Source: Octopus bimaculoides
Taxonomy: Eukaryota
NCBI RefSeq assembly: GCF_001194135.2
Contig: NC_068993.1
Span: 43,598,113 to 43,662,112, forward strand
Direction: 5' to 3'
DNA: 64,000 bases
Shown here: piece by piece, positions 38,951-51,630 of the stretch
Layout: each line of letters begins with the position of its first letter
Position numbering within the stretch: the first letter of the stretch is position 1
Program-made: the position numbers and the translations under genes
The notes under the pieces: model-generated
What the model saw: the letters and a program-made list of their open reading frames with translations, nothing else
Databases searched by the model: none
What the model was told of the DNA's origin: nothing

Positions 38951-39329
38951 CAGGGTGTCCACATAGTCTGGGTACATGGGGATTAACACATACTTTAAGA
39001 AATTATTATTTCTTATATTTAATTGTTTATCTTATTATTTTATTTACTCCATGTACCCACATGGGGATTAACGCATACTTTAAGAAATTATTATTTCTTA
39101 TATTTAATTGTTTATCTTATTTTATTTACTCCATGTACCCACATGGTGATTAACGCATACTTTAAGAAATTATTATTTCTTATATTTAATTGTTTATGTT
39201 ATTATTTTATTTACTCCATGTACCCACATGGGGATTAACGCATACTTTAAGAAATTATTATTTTTTATATTTAATTGTTTATGTTATGATTTTATTTACT
39301 CCATGTAGCCAGACTTTGTGGACACCCTG
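38951..39329. mobile_element. Tc1/mariner-type MITE containing four tandem 82-85 bp units
   Basis: 29-bp TIR CAGGGTGTCCACATAGTCTGGGTACATGG (2 mismatches); TA TSD; units start at 38974, 39059, 39141 and 39226. Confidence 0.92.
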
Positions 39330-39765
39330 TAGTTTGATTAAAAGAAATCATCATTATCAACATTTGACTTCCACTTTTCCATGCTTGCACAGGACAAATG
39401 GAATTTGTTGAAGGCAAGTTTTCTATGAGCAGATCCCTTCCTGCCACCAAACCTCACCTGTTCCCAAGCTTTGTAATATTTCATGGAAGACTGGAAATGA
39501 ACATCATTTGTATGACAAAGATGCTCATTATCAAACCATGAGGTGATGTCTAGGCCAGGGTATACACAAACACACACATACAATTATATGGCAGGCTTCT
39601 TTCAGTTTCCATCCACCAACTCCACTCACAAGGTTTAGGTTTGCCTGAGATTATTGTGAAGATACTCGCCAAGGTGCTGCAGAGTGGGGCTGAATATGAA
39701 ACTGAGTCATTGTGAAATGAACTTCTTAAAATGGCATATATATCAAAATATTTGTTCCAATTTAA

Positions 39766-39986
39766 CCCTTTTAAAATGATTGATGTAAATATACGCCAAA
39801 TGTTATCTCACACTGGGTACTGACCTCAGTTGGCGCAATTACCATTGTTATGTGCAGGCAACCAAATGAACCACCACGGTAAATTGATTAAAATGGTTGA
39901 TGTAAATATATGCCAAACCGTTGTCATGTGTTAATTGCTGATCTCAGCCAAAATGATTACCATCAATACAACCTAGTTGCTTGGGG
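39766..39986. mobile_element. Second piggyBac-type MITE family, 221 bp
   Basis: TTAA-CCCTTT...GGGG-TTAA; internal direct repeat AAAATG(A/G)TTGATGTAAATATA(C/T)GCCAAA. Confidence 0.65.
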
Positions 39987-40076
39987 TTAAATCGCATCTA
40001 ACATAATTACATCTTTACATCATATTTTAAAAGTAGATCTTATTTAATTAATTTCATTCATATGTTATCTTTATAG

Positions 40077-41441
40077 GTTCTGTGCATCTTTCTGCAAGTC
40101 TGAGTCAAAGTATGGATAAAGAGTTTCAGCTAAAAGTGCAGGCAGTCGATAAAGGACGTCCACCACAGTCGTCAGACATAGCAACCATACACTTGAAAGT
40201 AACAGACATCAACAAATATTCTCCTTTATTCTTGAGAATTGTTTTTGAGAAACAAATTCCAGAGAACTTTACAGTAAACGGCATTTTTGATACAGTTCAA
40301 GCTATAGATCATGATCACGGACCAAACCAAGAAGTCAGTTATTATATAACCGGTGGTGACCCTCAGAATTTGTTTGCAATTAATGAAAAATATGGAAATC
40401 TCTCGGTGAATAAACCTCTCGATTATGATACAACAACTGTGCATCGACTGAATATTACTGCAAGAGACCACGGCTTATATTACAAAGAAACTTCCATCAT
40501 ATTTACCATCTTTGTCACTGATGTTAATGATAACCCTCCACTCTTTGATCAAGATGTTTATGATGTTTATATCCGGGAAAATTCTCCCATTGGTGCATCA
40601 GTCTTCAAACTATCAGCCACTGATGCAGATTCTGGTAGCTATGCCATCATTGAATATCAAATTGTTGGAGATAACCTAGCCCAATCTAAGTTCATGATTG
40701 ACCATAAAGCTAAAACTATAAACTCAACTTCGTCCCTTGACTATGAATCTAAAGAAAACTATTCACTTCATATTCTTGCTAAGAACCCTGGAACCAATTT
40801 GCAAAGTGTTGCTGTTGTTAATGTCCATCTCGTTAGTGTCAACGAATACAACCCAATATTCATACAAAATGAATATAATTTCAGTATCAGTGAGTCAGTT
40901 CAAAAGGGGACATCTGTTGGTGCTGTCCTTGCTACGGATAGAGATGCAGGACCAGATGGAATAGTCTATTACTTTTTGATGGATTCGAGTAATTTAAAAG
41001 GCTTCAAAATAAACCCTCTCTCCGGGGTTATCACAGTGTCTGGGAAACCTGACTATGAGTCCCAATCTCATATTACTTTGGATGTTATGGCTAAAAACTG
41101 GGGAAGTGTAAAAGGTAACGATACTGTTCAGTGCAAAGTACATATTACTATAACTGATGCTAATGATGCACCTGTATTTCTTTATCCACTTTATACTAAA
41201 GACCTTAGGGAGGACATTCAGCCTGGCACACTTGTAATTAAGGTAAAAGCTTTTGACAATGATCTACATCGCAAAGATCACCAATTCAATTACACAATTC
41301 TATCAGGAAATCTCCATAATGCCTTCCATATTAATTCAACATCAGGCCAAATCTCCGTTTCATCCAAACTTGATCGTGAATCAGTGGCTTTGTACCAGCT
41401 AAAAGTAGGTGCCATTGATAAAGGGATACCACCTCAGACAG
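40077..41441 (+). CDS. FAT4: Fat4 window-exon 11 (about 4 cadherin repeats; G-SVHLSAS...AIDKGIPPQT-G)
   Basis: TTATAG acceptor; LDYD, LDYE, PDYE and LDRE motifs; donor G|GTAACT; 1,365 nt, phase 1 to 1. Confidence 0.96.
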
Positions 41442-41613
41442 GTAACTACTTTTCAAATTTATTTTCTATTTAAATCTTGTAGTTTGTTATATGTATACCA
41501 TCTTTTGAAATATTTTATATCAATGAAGAGAATAGTAGTTTTAAAATTTTGTACTAAAATTTCGAATTCTTTTTATCAGTTTATTTACATTGATAATTTT
41601 ATTTCTCTTGTAG

Positions 41614-43352
41614 GAACAACAACTATAAAGATTCACATTCTTGATGTGAATGACTGCTCCCCAACTTTCTCTAACGGTTCATTGGCAGCTTTTGTCAAAG
41701 AGAATGCAGCCATTGGAACTAGTGTGATATCATTAGCAGATTTCACTGAAGATTGTGACCTCCCGCCAAACACTAACCCTTACTACTTCTTTCAAGATAA
41801 TAAAAATTCTAACTCATATGTTAAAATATCCAAAGCAGGTTTGGTTACAACAAACACAGCTTTAGATCGTGAAAAAATTTCCAGATTCTCTGTGAGTGTC
41901 ACTGTGACAGATAGTGGTAAACCAACAATGACGTCAAGTTTGTCTTTTACTGTTCTAGTACAAGATGTCAATGACAGTCCTTCGAGGCAAAGGAAACTCA
42001 ATATTCAGTTAAGTTTATTCCAAAAACAGTCACCAACTCAATTTGTTGGGGATGTGAAGCCTTTAGACAATGATATAACTGGAGATTATTCGTGTCGTAT
42101 TCTTCAAATGAGTGCCGAGATCTTCAAAATTACTGAACACTGTTACTTAGAAGTTCTCCAAGAACCTGTATCTAGTGACCATTGGCTTACTATCAGTGGG
42201 CATGATGGTATTCACTCAGAAGTTGTCTACAATATTACAGTTAATTTTGCTTTTCTCACTAATGAAACATTAAAGGATTCTTTGACTGTGAAGTTAGTAA
42301 ACGTGACTGAAAAAAGGTTTCTTACAAAACTCTATTCCAAGTTTTTGAAGAATTTAAATAATAATCTGGAATCTGATTGGGAGAGTAAAATCTTTAGTAT
42401 TAAGCAAACTGGTAACGATCTTGATGTTTTTATAATGACTTTAGACAGAAATGGAAAACCCATCTCAAAACAGTTGCTGCAAGAAATGATTGCAGCAAAC
42501 AAAAATGAATTACAGCAGGGTTTAGCAACCAATATAATTTTGGGTCATTCGCTGTGTGCAGTTAACCCTTGCTACAATGGTGGTTCGTGTATTGATCAAT
42601 TAGTCGTCAGTAGTAACTGGAATATTATAGCTACCAACAGACAAATTATGAGTGGACCAAATATAACTGACTTTATCTGCAAATGTTCTGTGGGTTATAC
42701 AGGAACACTTTGTCAGATCCAAGAAACCCAATGTGGAGATGTTTATTGTCACAATGGTGGAGCATGTGTTATCTCATCCTATAGTAAATCTTACTGCCAG
42801 TGTTTGTCCGGCTGGACTGGTCTAACTTGTACTAAAGATATCAATGAATGCAAACAAAATCCTTGCCAACATGGTACTTGTGAAAATACAGATGGTTCTT
42901 TCAAGTGTGTCTGCCAGAAAGGATTCTTAGGAATATATTGTGAGACAGGAATTAATTACTGTCAACCTAACCCATGTCAGAATGAAGGTGTCTGTAAAAA
43001 TAACCGTGACGGATTTATCTGCCAATGTCCTTACAATAAATGGGGTCAATCTTGTTCAAAGTCATCTTACAGGTTTGAAGAATTATCGTTTCTGGAATTT
43101 CCAACTATCGCCGAGAATTACAACAATATTACCGTACACCTTGCTACAAAAATGTCTAATGCGCTACTACTTTACAATCCAGTCAATCCCTCCCTCAGTC
43201 AAACAGTAGAGAGTTTCATAGCTTTGGAAATTATCAATGGACAGGTTCGACTGTCTATCTCTACTGGAAGTGCGTCTGTTCTCAATCTCTATATTCCATA
43301 TACAATTAACGATGGCAATTGGTATAAAGTAGAAGTGTTGAGAATTCGCAGA
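41614..43352 (+). CDS. FAT4: Fat4 window-exon 12 (last cadherin repeats, membrane-proximal region, four EGF repeats, first part of LamG1)
   Basis: TTGTAG acceptor; DVNDCSPTF and DVNDSP linkers; EGF patterns including Ca-binding DINECKQNPCQHGTC; LamG WYKVEV; donor AGA|GTAAGT; 1,739 nt, phase 1 to 0. Confidence 0.97.
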
Positions 43353-44282
43353 GTAAGTTATTTTCATTTTATTCCATTTATCTCTCTGTTACAATATTTT
43401 AATTAAAATGTCTTTAATCATTTTATCACCATTATTTCAATATCCACTTTACATATTTGCATGGAGTAGACAGAGTTTATTGAAATAGATTTTCTACATC
43501 CAGATACCCTCTTTGTCATCAGCTCTTACCTACATGTTCCAAGTTCGGTAATATTTTCACATGGCCAAACATGTTGTTGCAGAATATTGGAAATGAATGA
43601 TGCTGCTTGTATGACAGTGACTCTCACTTACAGCTAGCATGTAATGACAAGACAAGCACATACACTTCTCTTTTTATGCCACATCACACATGAACATCGA
43701 CTCCAACTCGAGACCACAGTGTGTCTTTCATCCAAGTTTCCATGGTCGTGATCTGGGACCATCTGCACAGTTCGCCAGCCCATGTACAGGATGCTTTTAC
43801 AAGACACCATTCATGTGTATATATTTCTATAATCAATTTAAAAAGAAAACTAAATATGAATATGATGTAAATGTTGTTAAATTCTAATTCTTTTGCTTCA
43901 CAACCACATAGTTTTGGGTTCAATCACAATGTATAGCATCTTGGGCAAGTGGAATTTGTTGGGCCACTGCATTGTGAACACTTTGCAGGATGAATAAGGC
44001 CTGTCAAAGGACAGATGAGCTCATCCACATGAATGGTGTCTTGTAAAAGGATCTATTTTTTAGCCTTTTCTTTTTGGTTTCGGCTGTAACCATGTCTTTG
44101 TGTGTATAGGTCAACAAGACATATCTAGTCTCCCATGCTCTCTATGAGACTATTCACTTTCTGAATCATGCACATTATCACCATCATCATACATTTTGAC
44201 AATTCTATTTTATTGATGAACTGAGATTCCTTAGCAAGCATCATTGCAAAACAGCTTGGGTAGCTGAAATCCAAAACAGCTA

Positions 44283-44683
44283 CTCTTTTATTCTTTTACT
44301 TGTTTCAGTCATTTGACTGTGGCCATGCTGGAGCACCGCCTTTAGTCGAGCAAATCGACACCAGGACTTATTCTTTTGTAAGCCTAGTACTTATTCTATC
44401 GGTCTCTTTGCCGAACCGCTAAGTTACGGGGACGTAAACACACCAGCATCAGTTGTCAAGCGATATTGGGCGGGACAAACACAGACACACAAACATATAC
44501 ACACACATATATATATATATACGACGGGCTTCTTTCAGTTTCCGTCTACCAAATCCACTCACAAGGCTTCGGTCAGCCCGAGGCTATAGTAGAAGACACT
44601 TGCCCAAAGTGCCACGCAGTGGGACTGAACCGGGAACCATGTGGTTGGTAAGCAAGCTACTTACCACACAGCCACTCCTACGC
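44283..44683 (-). mobile_element. Near-pristine approximately 400-bp tRNA-derived SINE with internal (AT)/(AC) microsatellite
   Basis: Minus-strand head GGAGTGGCTGTGTGGTAAG...GGTTCAGTCCC and tail GACTGAAACAAGTAAAAGAATAAAAGAG. Related copies lie at about 35545-35845(+), 35915-36205(-), 47520-47830(-), 48720-49130(-) and 59240-59535(-). Confidence 0.88.
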
Positions 44684-45602
44684 TTTAGTATCTAAAATAC
44701 AAAACTGCTAAGATTGATAAGATTCAAAACAGTGAGGGTAGCTAAAATACAAAACAACTATAAGGAAGTTTAAAGTACCAGTACATTTATGATTTGTTGA
44801 GAATATTCATAGAATTTAGTATTATAGGAATGAAAATGATTATTCCTAATATATTAAAACACACAATTCATTTCATGTTTACATTTTAATATCATTTGTT
44901 TTAAATATAAAGGAAGATTTTATTATTTTTATCATTAACTTCTTTTTGCTCAGACTGCTATGATTGTTATTTCTATAATCTATAAGACTAAGTACAATGT
45001 CTTATCTATCCAAGCAGACATGGCTAACTGAGGTCAGTATGTGGGCATGAGCTAAATTAACCATTACTTTGAAAATTTGTAAAAATTGTTATATTTCCAA
45101 TGTTCTAAAGCTCCTATATCTTCCATATGAGACTAATCCAAGTATCAATTAAGTCATTGAAGTTTAGAAAATAATATTTCACGGAATTCTGATTTACAAG
45201 GTTGAACGGGATGTTACTTGACTAGTTTCTTTGGTATATGCCTGTTGATGAAAATACTTTTGCAATTTGTTGTAAAACATACATTTTGTGTGTGTGTGTT
45301 TTAAAACCTTCCCAATGGGACAGCTCTTATGTAACTTCTATATATTGTGATTATAATAGCAATTGCTTGTTATCAAAAATTGTCATATAACTATTATTGA
45401 TAATTATGTTGTATAACTTACTGTAGTTTTTTTAATAGTTGTATATATAGTTCTGGTTGTTATTGAAACAGCTGTAGAAATTTTAAAAGATGGTTCAAAA
45501 TATCAATCATATTGTTTATTTTTCTATTTCTTCTGCCATATAATAAATAGTTAAATAGATATAGTAGTAAACTATTATATTTTGTTTTGGTTTCCATTGT
45601 AG

Positions 45603-45700
45603 AATGTCCATATATCAGTTCATAAATGTTCTTCAAATAACCAATGCAGTGGTTGTGATGAAAGCAAAACATGTTCAAACCAAGGAGAACTGAAATATGA
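45603..45700 (+). CDS. FAT4: Fat4 window-exon 13, small exon missing from ORF track (NVHISVHKCSSNNQCSGCDESKTCSNQGELKY-E), Cys-rich loop of LamG1
   Basis: TTTCCATTGTAG acceptor; donor GA|GTAAGC; 98 nt, phase 0 to 2, the phases required between exons 12 and 14; the four-Cys loop resembles the Cys-rich loop of Drosophila Fat LamG1 (recalled). Confidence 0.92.
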
Positions 45701-45945
45701 GTAAGCCATACACTTCCTCTTCTTGTTATATTTTGTTAAATTTATTCTAGTCTATCTGATATCTCAGTTACAAAATCATGACATCATGACAATTGATATA
45801 AGTTCCCCATTTTTCCTCCTATTTCTAATGCAGTCTGGATCAATATAATTAAGACTGTTGTTTATTTATTCTAGGAAATTTTGTTTTTATCAATACAATA
45901 TTTCAGTCTTAACACATTTTACATTCAATTAAGATTTGCTGTGTA

Positions 45946-45980
<35 letters not shown>

Positions 45981-45990
45981 NNNNNNNNNN

Positions 45991-46026
<36 letters not shown>

Positions 46027-46340
46027 TGATAATTTGTGGTTCTTAGTCAAAGCAAAGAGCAATCAACTCTATGAATATAGTGAGGTATATAATATAGTTT
46101 AGTGTCAGTTGTACAAACAAACTGTGGCCAAAATTTCTTGTGATGATGATTGCTCTACACTCATCAGATGGGCATATTATGGATCTAAATTTAGTTCCAT
46201 ACTGTGCTTATCTGATGAATGTAGGTTATCAAATTTACATGAAACTCAGTCATGGCCATCATTTGTTAGTATAGTTATTATTAAACTATGTTATTTACAC
46301 ACACATTATTGAAATATATTTCATACGTCTACCATTACAG

Positions 46341-46645
46341 GAATTTACAACTTCATGGTGGTAATCTATACATTGGTGGAATTCCTGCACAATATGTAAT
46401 TCGAAGCAATCAAGTTCAATCACATGATTTTATTGGATGTATGCGCAGTTTTATTGTGAATGGGGTGGATATGATTCAGCTTGAACCACGAAGATCTACT
46501 GGAATAAAGAAGGAATGTCTACGAGAAAATATTGCTGGACCTTGTAAAAGTAACCCCTGTAAAAATGGTGGGATTTGTCTTGATAAATGGACTACATTTA
46601 AGTGCCAATGTTCTCCAGAATACATGGGCAAAATGTGTGAAGAGA
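46341..46645 (+). CDS. FAT4: Fat4 window-exon 14 (end of LamG1 LYIGG...DFIGCM, then EGF CKSNPCKNGGIC...MCEE)
   Basis: TTACAG acceptor; donor A|GTAAGT; 305 nt, phase 2 to 1. Confidence 0.95.
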
Positions 46646-48084
46646 GTAAGTTTTTTTTCACATTTTCATTATTTTCAGATATATATATGTATGTATGACA
46701 AGTTTCTACCAAATCCACTCGCAAGGGATTGATCTTTTTAAATCTTGTAGTTATTTTGTTGGTCTCATTTGCCAAACCACCGCTGTTGGTTTGTTTACTT
46801 CAACGTCACATAGTTGTTGAGCAGCAGGAGACAAATATAAATACACAAACATACACACACAATATATATATTGCTGGACCGTTGAAATCTATAAGTTTTT
46901 TTTTTCATTCTCTCTCTCTGTTTATTTTCTCTTATTCCTTTCTATCAAAGAGCCTAGGCTCAAAACATAAAAGACTTCTTCGTTTTCTCAAGCATCAAAC
47001 TAATACACTTGCTTGTTGTTCATACACCTGTCTTCATCTTTTGTTTTTCCGTCAATTTCAACTATATATATGACTGGCCTCCATACAGTTTCCACCTATC
47101 AAATTCACTCATAATGCATTGGTCAGCCCAGAGCTATAGCAGAAGATACTTGCCCAAGATGCCACACAATTGAGACTGCACACAGAACCATGTGGTTGGA
47201 AAACAAACTTCTTAACCACACACCCATGCTAGTGCCTAGATATTACTGTCTTAGAGATTATTGTAAAAGGCATAAGACACCGCCTATCCAATACAGTCTT
47301 ACAGACGTAATACAGGAATGACTCATTTCAATCAATAGTTATACAAGCAACTAAGACAAACTGCCTTCAGAGGTATTTAAAATCGAGGGGGGGGGGGGGG
47401 GGGTCAAGGGAGATAACCCCATAAAACTCTGATAGTTGAAATAAGATACCACTGAACCTATTTCTTAAAAATTATTAACCATTGATCCTATTTCAAATAG
47501 GTTGTTCTGCCATCTTCCTTGCTTCAGTCATTGGATTGCAGCCCCTTGAATGGTTTTAGTTGAACAAATCAGTGATGCTAGTTTAAAAATTATTCTTAAG
47601 CCTGGTACTTAGTTGCTTTTGCTGAACCACTAAGTTACGGGGACATAGACAACCCACCACTAGTTGTCAAGGGGACAGACAAACACTTAAGTTTTCATTT
47701 ATCAAATCCTTTCGAAAGGCTCTGGTTGACCCAGGGCTATAGTAGAAGATATTTGCCCTAAGTGTTGCATAGTGGGACTGAACCCAAGACCATGTGGTTG
47801 AAAAGCAAATTTCTTGCCATACAACCATGTCTACCCCTAAAAAAAAATCATTATTTTTTCCATTACTTCAAGCAGCTCTTAAACTGACTTAGAACATGGC
47901 AGTTGTTGATTAAATTCTTGAAACCACAGTCTTAGATTCAGAACATGGTAACTGGAGATGTTTGCCAGTCTCAACAATGAGGATTCAGGTATTTGAACTG
48001 CCTGCTCAGTGAATTACTTATATATGGCTGAGTGTTCCACAAACGCATGTGCTCTTATCAGAATCAGCATGACACAGTGTATGC

Positions 48085-48115
<31 letters not shown>

Positions 48116-48942
48116 TGAGATGGCTTGGCTTTTGAATTATAGGTGCAATCCTTCCTCAGAGCTTCCACACAATTCCCATCAACCCAATTTCACTCATAGG
48201 ATTTGGGGATATCCAAGGCTATAGGAAACTACATTTGACCAAGATGTCATGCTGTAGGATCAGCCCTAAAACCTCATGGACTGCAAAGCAAACTTCTTAA
48301 CTCTTCCTCTGTAAAGGAAACTCATTAAAAACTTGAAAATGGGAGCAAGTCCAGAATATTGGATATGAGTCATATCTTACTTGGAGCCATATTGCTCCAG
48401 TTAAGACAGAACTCTATCACATAGTTTTTACTTATAACTGGACAGAGCTGATTTTCAACTGTCATATTGCTTTCTTTTCTTTTCTTTCTTTTTTTTATAC
48501 TTGTTTCAATCATTGGACTGTGGCCAAGCTGATGGTACCACCCTGAAAGGCTTAGTCAAACAAATCAACCCCAGTACTCTTTCTTAAGTCTGGTACTGCT
48601 AAGTTAAGGGGATGTAAACAAACCAAATAGTTATCAAGCAGTATGAAGGTTGCACACATCCACAAAGAAACACACATATCTATATTTGTGTGTGTGTATG
48701 TGTGTATATATATTTATTTTATTTCCTTGCTTCAATCATTTGACTGTGGCCATGCTAGAGCACCACCTTGAAGGGTTTTAGTTGAACAAATCAACCCCAA
48801 GACTTTTTTTAAGCCTAGTACTTATTCTATTGGTCTCTTTTGCCAAACCATGAAGATACGGGGATGTAAACACACCAACATCAGTTGTCAAGTGATGATG
48901 GAGGGACAAACAGACTCACACACACACACATGTATATGTATT

Positions 48943-48981
<39 letters not shown>

Positions 48982-49249
48982 CAGTCTTTTTTCAGTTTCC
49001 ATCCCCCAAATCCACTCACAAGGCTTGGTTGGTCTGAGGCTGTAGTAGAAGACACTTGTCCAAAGTCCCATACAGTAGGACTGAACCCAGAACTATGTGG
49101 TTGGGAAGCAAGCTTCTTACCACACAGTCTGGTTTCTTTCAGTTCCCGTCTACCAAATCCACAGATGTTCATGTATAAAGTTTTAGGTGGGGATGCATCG
49201 AGTTTTCATATCCACTAACAAAAACATTATAGAAGTTTGTGAAATCATC

Positions 49250-49980
49250 TGTGCACAGATAACTCAAATTACTGTTGAGCAATTTATTCAAAGGCAGGAA
49301 TACAACATCAGAATTAGAAAACACTGAACTGGGTCAGATGAGCTAAAAGTAAATATTGCAAAGATTATTAATGAAACTTTTAATAAGTTAATAAGCTTCG
49401 CAAAAGGCAACCAAACCCAGTATAATGTCAACTATCCAAGAGGCTGGCCATGAATTGACATTTTAAGTGTAGTGTTTTTAAAGGTTCTGATTTGTTGTAA
49501 ATTTTTTTTAGAATTAGTATAGTTTTGTTTCTTTGGTGTGAGTTGGAACATTGGAGCAGTGTGTCTTAAACATTATGTGATTGAATATTTTGTTAAATAA
49601 CTACAGTTGTTCACTCTTCCTACATAATGTAGGTCATATACAAAGAAATAAGATACTATATAGGATTTGTTATCAGCCATTGGTGTAAATGTGGATTTAG
49701 GAGAAGGGGTCTGTATATTTGTATATTAGGGTTGTTAACAGGAGATGTGGTATAGAAATGTAATTAGAATGTTGCTTACATGTTGTTGGTGAAAAGTTTT
49801 ATAATCAGGTCGTAGCTGGTAGTTTAATACAGTTGGGGAAAACGTAAAGATGAAAGATTAAGGTTCATGAATGGAATGGTAACAGAATAACAACTCTGTA
49901 GATAGATAGTTTAATAGTTTAGTCAAATACCAATATAAAGGGGTAGTACACTCCATAGAATATTAAATGCATAGTAGGAT
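49250..49980 (-). mobile_element. Possible heavily decayed Penelope-like element fragment
   Basis: Minus strand has LPLYW/YIG-like and KSYIVSYF...HYVGR segments resembling the GIY-YIG region; many stops. Confidence 0.3.
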
Positions 49981-50164
49981 TTCATATATTTATATATATA
50001 TATATATCTATATATATATATATATATAAATATGTATGTATATATAATATATATACATATACACACACATATTTATGTATGTATACATATATATATATAC
50101 ACACACACATATATACATATATGTATGTATATATAATATGTATGTATATACACACATATTTATG

Positions 50165-50208
<44 letters not shown>
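49981..50208. repeat. Compound TA/CA/TATG microsatellite; host of the mariner TA insertion site
   Basis: Seen directly. Confidence 0.9.
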
Positions 50209-50209
<1 letters not shown>

Positions 50210-50950
50210 GTGGTCTGATCAATAAGTATCTGAACTGTTGCTATGGTAAAGAAGCTAAAGCATGCAAAGTGAAGCTGCTTGGCACAGATTGACCTTGAAC
50301 TCTGCTGTGCATGTACACTAAGTTCTAACATTCTAGCTCACATCTGCTGTTTACAGCAGTGCTTGGAAGGAAGGTGTGTAGCGTGTGATCATCGCATTGA
50401 CCACAACAGAGAAAGTTGTTGTGTCGATACCTGCTCAGAGGCTTACGCAAAGTTGCAGAAAGTGTATGGAGAGGAGTGTATGAACTGCAAACAAGTGTAC
50501 GAGTGGTTCAGACGTTTCCAAGATGACTGAAAAAATGTCAATATTGGGCGAATGTTCTGGGAGACCTGCAATCAGCAGAACTGAGAAAAACATCATCGAT
50601 GTGCATGCAGCTGTGAGGAGAAATCGTCGAATCACCATCTGTGAGTTATAAGAGGACGTGCAGATTAGTTATGGTTCAGTTCAGTCCATTATCACTGAAG
50701 ATTTGGGTATGAGACGTGTGTCTGCTCAGCTTGTGCCCAAACTGTTTTCAGCTGACCAAAAAGACACTCGGGTTTTCTTTTGCACAGAATCTCCTTGATT
50801 GTTTTGAGAACGATGAAAACTTTTTGAAAACTTTGCGTAGGCATCTGAGCGGGTATCGCGAAGTTTTTGGCAAAATTTGATGCAGATTCTCTGCTCAACT
50901 TTCTCTGTCATGTTCAATGTGATGCTCACACGCTACACACCTTCCTTCCA
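50209..50950 (+). mobile_element. Mariner transposase relic with inverted duplication of its 5' part (fold-back)
   Basis: Left TIR TGTGGTCTGATCAATAAG after TA. Frameshifted HTH region DTCSEAYAKLQKVYG...VYEWFRRF...RRITI...LGMRRVSAQLVPK. 50829-50950 is the reverse complement of 50364-50455 (MTEKVEQRICIKFCQKL). Confidence 0.88.
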
Positions 50951-51630
50951 CTTGGACACACACACACACACACATACATACATATGTCTGCTATACACCA
51001 TTTTAAACTCATGATTACCTCTGTGTGTGTCATGTCTTATAACTGTCTGTCTCTCTACTTTTGTAGGGTCTTCCCTGTTGCTGTCACATATTGAGATTTT
51101 AAAATTACATCAAAATTTCCAAATTTGGAAGAAATAATTTTCCACATTAAATCCAGTTTTGTTATTTATTTGTTCCAGAAAAATGTTACTGAAGTTTAAA
51201 GTTTAATCTATTTTACCTAATCAGAAAACAGGATTTGGAATCTGGCATTTTCTACATGATAGCTGTCTATCACAAAATGAAAGTAAAATCATTGGGAGGA
51301 GGAATTTTTATTAAACAAACCAGAGCAAAGCATTACGACAACCAGAGTTGTAAGAACTTCTGAAGTTTTAATGAATAAAGTCATGTGAAATGATCGAACA
51401 GACATGTAAATAATTTAAGAAGGAAAAAGATCTTCAACGAAGTTTTTTGGCAAAAAATTACACATATCTGTTCTAAATTAAGAAGCCGATCTGTCAGGGA
51501 AAGCATTCTCTGACATGGAATAAATAAAAATTTATACAAGACATTCTATTATAAAAATTGCCTGGCAATGACAGGCTATTCAGCTAGTTTTAAATAAAAG
51601 CTGACCAAAATATTTTCTTCTTTTTTTCAG

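Noticed and set aside
38974-39310. Regularly spaced repeats as a CRISPR-like array
   Set aside because: Units are contiguous near-identical copies with no unique spacers, enclosed by transposon TIRs, in a eukaryotic intron.
41409-41613. N-terminal extension of the 665-aa ORF as an independent gene or an in-frame retained intron
   Set aside because: This is a 172-nt GT-AG intron between exons 11 and 12. Retention would hit a stop at 41471-41473 in the exon 11 frame, so the open frame is incidental.
46109-46312. Cys-containing ORF as the missing LamG1 exon
   Set aside because: No good splice sites. The exon at 45603-45700 has canonical sites, the required phases and the expected Cys loop.
47387-47409. 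Poly-G run as an LTR polypurine tract or functional G-quadruplex
   Set aside because: No TG...CA LTR follows and there is no second LTR; an isolated homopolymer supports no further claim.
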